Assembly (NCBI GenBank): GCA_036172245.1
Contig: JAYWIR010000061.1
Coordinates: 186,001-250,000, forward strand
Length of the DNA stretch: 64,000 nucleotides
Direction of reading: 5' to 3'
From: Raillietiella orientalis
Lineage: Eukaryota
In this document: positions 1 to 11,300 of the stretch, piece after piece
Position numbering within the stretch: position 1 is the stretch's first letter
Layout: the number at the start of each line of letters is the position of its first letter
Position numbers and translations under genes: made by a program
Notes under the pieces: model-generated
Seen by the model: the letters and a program-made list of their open reading frames with translations, nothing else
Told to the model about the DNA's origin: nothing
The model's database searches: none

Positions 1-295
1 GGGTCTTTCTTTGTCGCCTCTTGAAATCCGGAACTCCTACTTCGGGAGAGGGAGGGGGTGGGAAGGAAAGAAAGGGATCTCCTTTCGCTCACCTCATTTA
101 TACCTTTCCCTTCCCTTCTCTTGCTTTCCTCCCTCCTGTCACGCTCCTTTAGGGAAGGCACGCAAAAGGAGGGAAGCAAAAAGGTTTTTCCGTCTCTCCC
201 TCAACTCGGTCTTCACATCTCCGCTCTTCCTTCTTCCTCTCTCCTTTCTATTCTACGCAGCTTCCCCTCCCCCGCCCTCCCGGTTCAATCCCGGA

Positions 296-915
296 ATGCA
301 CGAAAACGATCGATCTTCCCCGCGCTGCGGAGTCCCCGAGCTGATGAAGATCCTGACTGAGCCGGCCGGAGGTCGCTTCCTGGTTCCCCGGGATCCCTGC
401 AACGAGGTCTACCCGGGCGTCTTCGTCGGCGACGAGTGAGGTCGCCCCCCTCTTCCTAGGGGGTCCCGTATGGAGCCGCCTGCTTCCCCAGGAGCACCGC
501 CCTGACTACCTACAAGCTGAAGGAGATGGGCATTACCCACGTCCTGAACACAGCCCAGGGACCCCAGCCCTATGTGAACGGGGGAACCGTCAACACCAAC
601 GCCGCCTACTACCAGGAGGCTTCCATCAAGTTTAAGGGCATCCCTGCGGTAGACATGCCTGGCTACAGGATCTGTCGCTACTTCGAGGACTGCGCCAACT
701 TCATCCAGGCCGCCCTAGACTCGGGAGGTAGGTGCTCCTTTTTTCCAGGGCATGGGAGAGCCTGGACCCTCCCTTTCTCCCCCCCCTTGGTTTGTCCCAG
801 CAGGAAAGGTGCTCGTCCACTGCCAGCAGGGCATCAGCCGCTCTCCGACGGTCGTCGTCGCGTTCCTCATGCTCAAGAAGGGTCTTGACGTCACCGAAGC
901 CCTCAGGATGATCAG
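296..915 (+). CDS. Atypical dual-specificity protein phosphatase (DUSP3/13/26-like); exons 296-435, 492-727, 801/804-915; terminal exon not identified
   Basis: GT-AG introns 436-491 and 728-800/803 join in phase. Translation has NEVYPGVFVGDE, GITHVLNTAQG, acid-loop D (AVDMP) and catalytic VLVHCQQGISRS followed by VVAFLML. Pyrimidine tract and acceptor at 260 suggest an upstream exon. Confidence 0.9.
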
Positions 916-3900
916 GTCGGTCTCCCTTTCTTTCTCCCTGGGGTGTCCGCGGTTTGGAACGATCGGTGGCATCGTGCAGGAGGACATTGGGTGGACGTTT
1001 CATTCCCTCAGATCTCACCCCATCCTCGGCCTGCCGGAGCCCTCGCGAGCGCCCTCCTCCGAGGCGAAGGCGACTGTTACAAACTCCCCGACGCGTGGAC
1101 CCGCCCTTGAGGGAAGGGGAAATGGCCGCCCTGCGGGAGAACAGATGCCCCGAAGCGGAGGAAGGAGGCACGAAACCTCATGCGAGTGACAAGCGTGGCT
1201 CCGTATCGAAAAGCCCGCCGGTAACGATGGTAACGATACCCCTTCGATGCACATTCAGGGTACGCACGCGCGAGCGTGCGGCACCCCCTGACGGTATCTC
1301 TTGAGCAAGAAGGGATCCCAGGGAAATTCGAAGGGATCCCGGAAAAGGAAGAGGTGCCCATGCACCCCGACAACTGCGAATCCAACCGCTTCCGGAGAGA
1401 CGAAACTCCCCTCTCTTCTCGGAGCAGTAAGCATGGATCCCCTGGGATCGTTGGGGACCGAGGACGGAGCCGGAAGTAGAGACGTCCCTTCAGCCCCCGC
1501 AAGCACGCTTCCGGAGGATGCGCGCCGTCACGCGGAGTTCCGTCAGGTTCCGCCACCGCTGACGCGTCAGGGAAGAACGGAGATCCCGCGGGTGTCTTCC
1601 TCGGTAGAGGCTCCAGGAAGGAGAGGGGAATAGAAGAGGAACTCGCCTGCTCGAGGGTGCACGAGAAGATACGGTTTCAAAGGGCGGAGGGGGTGAAAAA
1701 GGAGACCCTTACTTACTTCATGAGGACCGTACGTAGGGGTCTCTCCTTTTTCATCATCCCTCGCCTTGTCTTGGACGCTGCAGAGCACCCTCCTCACCAG
1801 GGGAGCGTGAAGTCCTCTCTGGAAGTCCCGAGGAAGATGGAATCGAGGGTTCAAGAGACGAAAAGAGGGAGACGAGATTCTCACCCACCTCACCCAAGGA
1901 CGAGAACGCCGCGTCTTGATCGTTTGCGAAGGCAGAGGGCGTCTCTCCTCTTCGTTCCTCGGAAGAACGATACGTTGCGGGTGAGGGGGACAGTGAGGAG
2001 CGCCACTTTCTTGGCAACCGAAGGAATTGCTAATTGTCCTCTCGCTTGCCGCCCTCCCTGGGGGAGGGGATTCGAAATAGCGAAGGAAGAGTAGGGCCGA
2101 AACAAAAGCTGTCTCCCTCGGGGGAAGGATCAGACCCGTACCCCGCACTAACCGAAAGGAAGCGAAGGTTCCAGCAGGCGGCGACCGCCCTCGAGCTTTC
2201 CTGAGGGGGCCGGCTCGGGTCACCACCGGCGACGCGTTTCCATGAGCAGGCGGATCTTACCGAGTGGCTTGGCGGTCGCGGTGATCAAAGCGGACTCGTG
2301 GAGTGTGTTCGTGTGCAGTCTCCTCCTCAACCCCTCCGGAGTTGCAGCCCACCTCTTCCTCGGGATGCGTTTCCTCTGGACTGCTTCGCTCGACACCAGA
2401 GAACCCCCTCATCCCTCAAGAAATAGACCCGGAGGCAAGTTCCAAACGGGGTCGGGGGTCGTGACCTTCCCCATCCGTCGTCAGCATCCCGTCTACGATT
2501 CACTTTCACTCTGCGAGATCGAACGCTCGCCTTTCTGGGAGCGCGAAAGATCCTCGGCCCCTTCAGGTGCATGCAGGATTCACATTCCCTCTTCCTGATG
2601 CCGCAGACCAGACAGCCTACGCTCCCTGATGCAGAGGCTGCTGCCCCTCTCCGCCTCCTGAACCCCGAATCCCTGCCCCGTGGGGGTGGTCGAGCCCACA
2701 GCGCCGCCAAGACCGCGCCATGGAAGAGCACTGCGGCGGCGGGTGGTCTCTGTCTCCCCTCCCCCTACTCCCTGAATTACTAGTCCGAGGGCTCCGCCTG
2801 AGACCAACGAGGACCCGGAACTGACAGAGCGCCCGTCGTGCCACCGTGGAGGCGTCCGCGGGCCCGACCCATCTGGAGATAAGAGGCTGCCATCTCGCGA
2901 AGGCCTTCCGGCAGCAGCCAGACGGGCGCATCCGTGGGTCGGAGGCCTCCCTTGAGGTATTCTGCATTGAGGCGGGCATGCCACAGCGGACCCTTTCTCC
3001 TTCCTCTTAGGGCTTTCCACGCTACCTGCTGGACGTGCAGGGGGGGCTGCTCGAGAACTCCCTGGAACGTCGGGGAAAGCAGTTCCGTCTACCTGGCCTC
3101 ATATCCGGAAGCCGCCAGGCACAGGATACGAAGCGTCTGTTCCCTCCACGCAGGCTTCGTTCCTCCTGCCCTTTGCCCGCAGCACCAACTCGCTCCACCG
3201 GGTCGCGCGGCCCTCCCTTCCCTGGATGCATCTTTGGAGGGGACGGCCGCACCGGAACGGCTGAAAAGAGAGAAACCTTCCCGGCAGCTGGCACGAGGGC
3301 CACTCCCGAGGTCGCTTGCATGTTGGTGGAACGCCGCCTCGGGGAACGCTGCCGGAGCTGCCTCCTGCTGCGCTGACATCATCGTCCGATCGCTAATGGC
3401 CGTCGCGGAAGCAGGTGGGAGCGCCGCTTTCCCCATTTTTCATCCCATCCGAAGGTCGAGTCTCGCAGAACGTGGACCCCGCCTTCCCTCGTAGCCGCTT
3501 TTTCTTTGGCTGGTCCTTCTGACTGTCAAGAAACGACGCTGCTCCTCCGCAATCCCTCTAGGATGACCCGACAGGGGTGTTCCTGACGATGGCGGATGCA
3601 TGCCCCTTGGAAGACGTCGGCAAGCACCGGGGACTTTTTTTCTTCGCGTGCCTTCCGGCCTCTGGGCTTGCTCTGCTTCCATTTTCGTCTTTACAGCCGC
3701 GTGCAGCAGGTGAAAGGTTACGCAGCACCTCTGGAGGAAACGGGGGGAAGGCTGGCGTCGACCCGGGACGTCTCCTTCCACTCCATGGGAGAAGGCAGCA
3801 CCGTCGAAGCTGGAAGACAGCCGAGGAACCCGCGCACCAGGGGTTGGGCACGGGCTTCCAAGGGGGGAGGAATTTCCCCACTTGGAGAGGAGAGAGAGAG

Positions 3901-6900
3901 GCTTCGGGAAAGCGAACCCGTGGATCAGCTGGAGTCGCCAAATCGGGAATCTCCGAAGCAGTCCCGTGCCATTCGGCCGGGAAGGAAGGAAGAGGGAACC
4001 GATGCGCCTCGTCCCGCACTGCTTCCTTCGGGAGCACGGATTTCCTGAGTTGAGAGGGAACCGGAAAGGATTGCGACCCGACCTCTTGGGTCCGCTCCCA
4101 CTGTTTCTTTGCCTTCCCCCTCCTTCAGTTCGTCTGTTGCAGGAGCCAGAGAGCCATCCCTGGCTGACTCGGTGAGGATCCCTCTAGGGCTTTGCTAACC
4201 CCTCAGGGGCGACTCGAGTGCGAAAGGGCGGGCCCGTTCCCTGATCGCTACGTGGGTGGAAAACCCCGCAGATCGACCATTTGTGAGGGGGGCCCTAGCG
4301 GGGACGCGCCCCAGAGGAAGCCGGCGAAAACAGGCCCTGAGGGCGGGCCGCTATTGACGCCTGCTCGACTCGCCGGCATTTCCTGTCCCCCGTCCTTTTT
4401 CGTTTCCCGTTCGCTTCCTTTCTTCCCCGTCCGGGAAGCTCTGCGTTGTGTGGTCCTTTCCGGGTTCGGAGGCAGTAGCGGGAACGTTCTTTTCCTGTAT
4501 CGGAAGCTGTGATGTGCGTGGGGTGATGCTTCGCAGTTTGTTGACTCCGCTTGCTGCGCTGCGGAGAGCGGCGGGTCGGAACGGCTGGCTCGTCTTGAGC
4601 GATGGCTCATCCAAAAATACGCACCTGACGTCACCGCAACCTTGAAATACCTGCCCCGATGCGACTTCTGGCTGCTTGCTACAGAGGGGAAGAGAGATCC
4701 AGATCCCATTTGATCTCGGCTGGCCATGGGGCGCCGTCGACGCTCCTCATTCCTCGCAGAAGCAGCTCCACTCCCTCCCGATTGCCGTAGACTCTTCCCG
4801 TCATCCTGGCTGACTAGTGAGTGATCCAAAGAGGGCATGCCTTCCGGGGTTATTTTCGAGAACCAGGACTGGGAGGTAGGGATAAATGACTGGGTCGACG
4901 CCCGTGCCCTACTCGTCCTAGCGTGGTGAGAACCCCACAACCCCTTCCCCTCATGCCCATGCGAAAGATCACCCTCACGGCGTACGCATTTCTACCATCG
5001 GGGTCTCCTTGGTTTCCGTTTCCTTGCAAGTCGGCGCCTGCAGGTGGTCGATGGCCACACGAGCTCCGATAAGGAACTTGCACAAAGGAGGGGACCGTGC
5101 GGTGCACGCTGCTGCCTCCGAAAGGCGTTCTTCTCCGGGTCTTTTTGGCTCGCCTAATCTCCAGCAAGGCAGCTCTACTGCGCTGCAGTCCTTCTAAATC
5201 GCGTTCCCCCCCCCCCCTTCCCCCCAGCAAGAGAAGACTCGCGCATCCTCACAGCGCAAGCCGAAGGAAGGTCGCCCAGTGGAACGGGCAGCCGTCTGCC
5301 AGCTCTTGTCACGTGCTCATAAAAACACGCCCTGTCGCTTCCATGCGATTCTCGTGGGCGCGCTCGTGCGGGGATCGGGGCGCCGGCAAGAGAAGGCGGT
5401 GGCCGATTCCGACCCAGCGGCACGCAACATGCGGACGGCTGACTGGAAGGCGGTGAAAAAGATACAGGAGCGTCTCATTCCCCCTTATTCCCTGGAGGGC
5501 GCTGGGTGGGTGAGGTCGCCCCACGATCCAGACGGAGTTTGGTACACGCGGAGGTTTTACCGCCGAGAAGACGCTCTGAAGAGGGCGCAAGAGAGCTTCT
5601 CCTGCTCTCGAGAGCTCCCGCGCTGGACCGTTCTGTCTCGACGGGCGAGTCGTGGTCACCTCCTCCTACTACTCCCTCCTATTTTAACCTCTTGCGGGTG
5701 CCTGTGGAGTAGTTGAAAGAACGAGAGTTTGCGCCTCTTCCCAGCGTCTGCGCCAAATGGCGAGTAAAATCGGTTTCTTCTTCTTCCCAAGGAGACAGAG
5801 ATCGATTCTTCCCAACGAAGGATTCCTAGCTCAGCTTTTGGAACTTAACGAGTTTCTCCAGTACCGGAAAACAAGAAGCAATTAACACGAAGGAAAAAGC
5901 GCCAAAAAAAAAAAAGGCGTTTCCTTACCGAATAATATGATGAAGCTTTAGAATATGATTATTTTTAATAGAATGCTTGCAGCCCTAAATAAAAACTTGA
6001 ACGTCGGTCTGTGCTCTTTTGTCAGGAAGCGGGGGCTCTGGGCTTTTCTTCAGAAGGACGGACGAACGTTTTTCGCTTCGAGAAAATCACTTGTGGCCAC
6101 TCCCTCCCCCTTCCCACCTTGAGGACTTGGGCCGCTCGAAAGGTTCTTCTCTGCAGCGTGGCTGAGATGCCAGCGTGCGCGCGTTCACTTTCGAATAAGG
6201 GGAAGCATGCCCGAACAACGAAACCAGAAGGGAGATGTCCCTTCGAAAGCAACGAAGTCTCTCCACTGGCTTCCTTTGATCGCCCAAGCGCGAGAGGAAG
6301 ACCAAGGTCCCTCAGACCGGGAGGCGACTGCCATGAAGGGAAGGACAGCTGGCTCTGCCCACGGAAAGCTTTGCTGAGAAAGTTTCCTCTCGCTCCTTTC
6401 GAAGAGCATGGATTCCTTTTCTTTTCCCGAGGAATGATCACTCCAGGAGTGGAGAACCAAGTTCTTTCCTAGTTCCATAGGTAAACCTCGAACCCACTGC
6501 CGCAGAGCTAAACTGGAAGAAATCGCCACAGCCACCGACGCAGGAACTCCTCTTCGCTGCAGTCTCCGATGCACGGATTCCTGTTCGTCTCATAAAACGG
6601 CCGTGCGAGGAAGAAAATAATCAAGTCGGGTTTTCCTCCTCCCAGGACCCGGAGGTCGCTCAAAAAGGTCTTCTTGATTGCAGATTCAGGCGACGACGCA
6701 GGGAGGCAAAAGGTCGGCACTCCCGCGTTCAAGGGGACCTGGAAACCAACACCTGCGTAGATCACGCAACACAAGTCACAGGGCTCGGATGGATCCTCGA
6801 CCTCTCCGAGCTGTGCTTTTCGCCCTTCAGCTGCATCACAGCACGGACAGGCAGGTGCGCACACCCTCGTGGGAGGTGCGCCATAGCAGACCTCCGCCCG

Positions 6901-7067
6901 GAAGCTCCTCATTCCTGCCTCTGCCTAGGGGAGTCCATCGTGAGGACAGTGCCCGAACCCATAAAGCTTAGAGCAGGAAAAAGCAAGGGAATTCGTAGCC
7001 AAGGTTCCTCGCAATGAGCAATGGCTCTGGCATCTGCTTCGAAAGAGAGGATCTGGTTGTCTCCTTA

Positions 7068-7399
7068 GGGAACCCCGAAGGGACTTCTTGACATTTCTTG
7101 ATACTTTGGAGAACCAACCTTCCAATGGAGTATCAGCCAACTTCATTCACGCTACGCAATGGAAAGTCCCCCTGATTCCTGGAAATATCTTGGCCAATCA
7201 ACGGGGCCATCCGATTTCCGGCTTCCTCCAGCGCCGCACCCGAATAAGCCAAGTGCAGCATCACCCTACGGGAGAAACTCGAAATCCACGACGCACTTCC
7301 GATTTCTCGGCGTCGATCCTTCCCCTGGCGGGATTCGAACCCACTACGCTTGGTGCCACCACGGGCGGAGACCGCAGCCACACGGACGCCAACGCGGGC
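7068..7399 (-). mobile_element. Diverged copy of tRNA-headed SINE-like element
   Basis: Minus-strand GGGTTCGAATCCC B-box near 7330-7342; co-linear blocks GGGAACCCCGAAGG, CGGCTTCC.CCAG.GCCGCACCCGAA, AACTCGAAA.CCACGACGCAC and GCGGAGACCGCAGC shared with 47306-47847. Confidence 0.7.
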
Positions 7400-7797
7400 A
7401 TCTAGTCATGGATTCGTCGGGCAAAGACCACGCCTCCGTAACGGTTGGACTCGGAAAGGAGTTGAAACTTTCGCATAACACGCATTGCACAGGTCTGTGA
7501 TGCAAAGTGCACACGCAGCATGAGCAGCGAGCCGCACTTTTTTCACACGTGACACGCGCAGGTAAGCAGAGCCCCAAGAAAGCGTTGCTTGTTGGACTGC
7601 GTGGTGTCTCGAAACGCGTTCCAGGCTCAGGTCTTTTGAAAACCTTAGCCTTTGGCGCCTGCGACCCACTTCCGCTTGCGTGCGGAGAGCAAGGAGCATC
7701 GCCCCTCGCTCTTCGGAGGACATCTGGTTTCCTGCCTAAAACACCGCCGGAGGTTCCTTGTGGTGTTTTCCAGACGGAAATCCTGCGAAACTAAAAG

Positions 7798-7835
7798 GGC
7801 AGCAGATGAGGGATGGCAGCAGATGAGGGATGGCA
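7798..7835. repeat. 17-bp perfect tandem duplication (GGCAGCAGATGAGGGAT x2)
   Basis: Directly visible, 7798-7814 and 7815-7831. Confidence 0.9.
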
Positions 7836-8386
7836 TCCCAGCCGTGAGTGCACCTCAAGCTCGTCGACTTCTCGCGGAGGCAACTCAGGCAAACACGTTC
7901 CTGCTCGAGGCAGGAACGTGTTTGTCCGCCGGAAGAACAAGCCATGCAGCATCCAAAAATGAAGGGAGAACATCAACTTGATGACCTTGCACTCCTCCGA
8001 TCGTCACGCCCTGGACCATAAAGTTCATTCATGCACCGTTTCATACGAAAACAAACTGAAATCATACGTCAGGTGAGCGTGCAGGTACCCGGAAGCCAGT
8101 GTGCGTGCCACAGGACAGCACAGGGCACGGAAAGCTGCTGATTCTGGATTCATCTCCGTTCCCTTCTCTCAAGGGTTGGCTCCGTAATCGGGGAACCTTC
8201 TTGTGGGCTTTCTTGGAAAAGGATGCACGCTCTGGTTCGCTTCGAGGAACCAAGAATACTCGGAACACTCGCTTGCGTGACCGACGGCAAAAGCGCATTG
8301 TCTGGAGCGATCATAAAATGAGTCCCCCGCTCACAGCATCATCCAAACTCGCGTCTGCTGATTCGCTTCCCGATAGGAAGACACAC

Positions 8387-11300
8387 CTGGATTTCGTCAA
8401 TCCGCTCCATCAAATCCAGAACAAGCTTTTCCAGAGAAACATGACATTCACCGTACCATTCCAAGTCTTCCTCATCACGGTAGGGCTGTTTGCAGCGCAC
8501 CCTCATGAAAAAGAGAGGGAAACCAATGAGCTAACTGGAATGGTAGGAGAACAGGGTGGTCAGCATGAAGGGAAACTCATGTGCAGACGTTTCGGATGAG
8601 AAAGATTGTACATGAGATATTGTGGAATATGTATGCTGTTGCCAAAGGACCCTCGTGAAGGAGTGTTTCACAATCACGCATGCTGATTTCTACAGCTGAT
8701 CTTCTTTGCGCCAGGATGGAGGCTCCACTCAAGTACATAAAGGAGTCCACAGACTTGGGCTTCCACTCTTCAGCATCGCACATGCAGCACACGGATCCCA
8801 GGATCTCATCACAACTGAGAACACTAATCAGGAGCACACGTAGGCAAGAATTGACCTTCGTCTTCTGTGTTTTCATGTAAACAAGTCGGCGAAGTTGGAA
8901 ATGAAGGTACAGCAAAACCTTCGCCTCAGAAAATCTTCGATCTTCTATCCTAGCTAACCGGTAGGAATGGCAACGGAACTGGGACTTTTGCTCTTCAAAT
9001 CACAATGTGCACATGATTAAATGATGTTTGTTGTCAGTCTTCAAATTTTGAGCGCTTTTTTTCTTTTCTTTTTCTTTCTTGAATGGAGGTTTCTCATGGG
9101 AGAAGAAGAGTGCCTTGAGTTCTGCGTAAAGGCGAATAAGCAGGATGTTTTAGAGATTGGGGTCTTCAGTTATGGTCCGATATTTTGATTAATCTCTTTT
9201 AAGCACCGATAGTTCCAGTGAAAATTTCGTGTAGCAGTAGTCCTGCAAGCCAGTGGGAATATGCTGGAAGCTATCTAGGAATCCTCTGCACCAATTTCTC
9301 AACCTTCTTTCTCCCCTGAGTGAGAATCGTCATCCTATTCCACTCGGAAAGAGAGAGTTAGAAGACCCTGACTTCATCGGTGAATGCTGCCGAAGGCAAA
9401 CTGTCGAACTTATTGAAGTATCCACAATGCCCTGTTCCTGCTTTGCTGTGCTCATCCTTCTTATCGGCATCCTTATTGAAATCTGCTGTTTTCATTTGAG
9501 TGAATCAGGAGTGGTAGACATGATCGCTCCAGGGTCGCCCGTAGTACTAGCGGCGCGTCTGAAAACTACAAGACTGGAACGCTCCTTCACCCAAATGGGT
9601 TTACAAAGAGCGAGTTGCGCCATGGTGAAGTTTCCATGTCGGCAACCCAACCTCTATTTCTTGGCGTATTCTCCTCCGTGATATCCCTCGGGTCATCTGC
9701 ATCTTGGGTAGATTGACATTTATAGGGACTGGAAAACATTGGTACATTTTCCGTCCTCTATGAGACAGATAACCCTGCACAGATAAAGAGTGCTGGGTAA
9801 CAAGTGCTCTAGTGGTTTAAGGCTTACGGTTTCCTTCTTAAGGCATTCTATCATAGCAAGAGAACAACAGTCAAAAAGAATGGTTCTTCCTTATTCTCTT
9901 GAACGGCTGGTAAACGCAACTGATTGCTGGTAGCTGTCGGTGTTGAACGACTGTTGGTCATGAAGATGGAAAGCTGCCAAGTAGAAAGAAAAGCTCTTTG
10001 TAATTCAAGCGCAATCGTTGGCGAATCAACAGAACCCTATCTTGGCAAGGAATGAAAAGAGAAGAAAGAACCCTGAGGAAAACTGAGGTCGGTATACCTC
10101 CATGGTGATAACTGATAAGTGAATGTGACCTTCGGCATACTCAAAGTTAGTTTGGCTCCGCAGCACCCACAAACAAGGATTAATTGCAAGCGCAAAAGAT
10201 GCAACTGCAGCCGCTGATGAACTCGTGCTCAGAGTCACGACCTCGTCGATGCTTTAATGGGAGTAGTAACCGCCGGAGCTCTGCACCGGTTTCCTCTAGA
10301 ATTCCTCGCTCTTTCTCACTTATGATCTCCGGAGGGACCTTCTTCTACACCGTGTGGGGTGGACAGATGGAATTCGTGGATGCCTTAAATTTCAGGGTTC
10401 AGGAACGCGGGAAGAAAACTTTCCCGAGACGCTCTTCAACGGTGGCTTCGTTCCCATCAGGATAAAGTTTGGAGCGGTCCCCATGAAAAGCCAACAGACT
10501 GGACAAGATCGTGTCGCACGCACGCTGTCTGCAAGTGTTTTCTATCTCTTCCTCTCTCAACGTGAGGAGGAACCACGCCGCACAAAAATTATCCTGAACG
10601 GAAATTGGAGACCGAGGAGATCGGATGGTTCCAGGATCTTCCACAGCGTCGCAAAGTTCGCGCCTGTTGACTCGCGGCGAAATTTCGAAGAGACTGATCC
10701 GCAGGAGTGCATAGGATCCCAATGCTCAGACGTGAAGATTTCCTGAGATGAGAGATCCTTCGCATGCAAGCAGCAGTGAGAAAGATGGGTGTGATCCATC
10801 GGTTGCTGCAACGCAATCAGGAGTCACCTTAAGTCTCCTTCCTGCCCGGTGAGCGCTGCAGGAATGATGCAACACTTCACCTTACCTCCTCCTCCCCCCC
10901 CCCCTCTCCCATCTCCTGACTCTCCTTGAAGACCTTTACCAAGACTCAAGTCCAGAACAGGATAGAAAAAAATTGTCTCTTTGATCCCCCTATTCTCCTT
11001 CCCCGAAACTTGACGTGAGCGGCGCAAGTAGACCCTGCGTCCCAGCATGCGAGAGCGAGTTCACGGAAGAAAAGGGCTCTCCGTCCCGAATATGCACGGT
11101 CGAATTTATTCTTTTCCTCCTTCGAGTTGGCACAAAAGCAGACATCGGAGCGAGCAAAAACAACAAAGGCAACGCTCGCAGATGGGATGCAGACGCTCCT
11201 CTGCGCCCATTTTTTTCCGCCGTGGCTGACCTTGACCTCATGGAGATTTTGGAGTCTAGTGGTGTCGTTTGACTCGTTCCTTCCATCACTGCTTGAAAAA

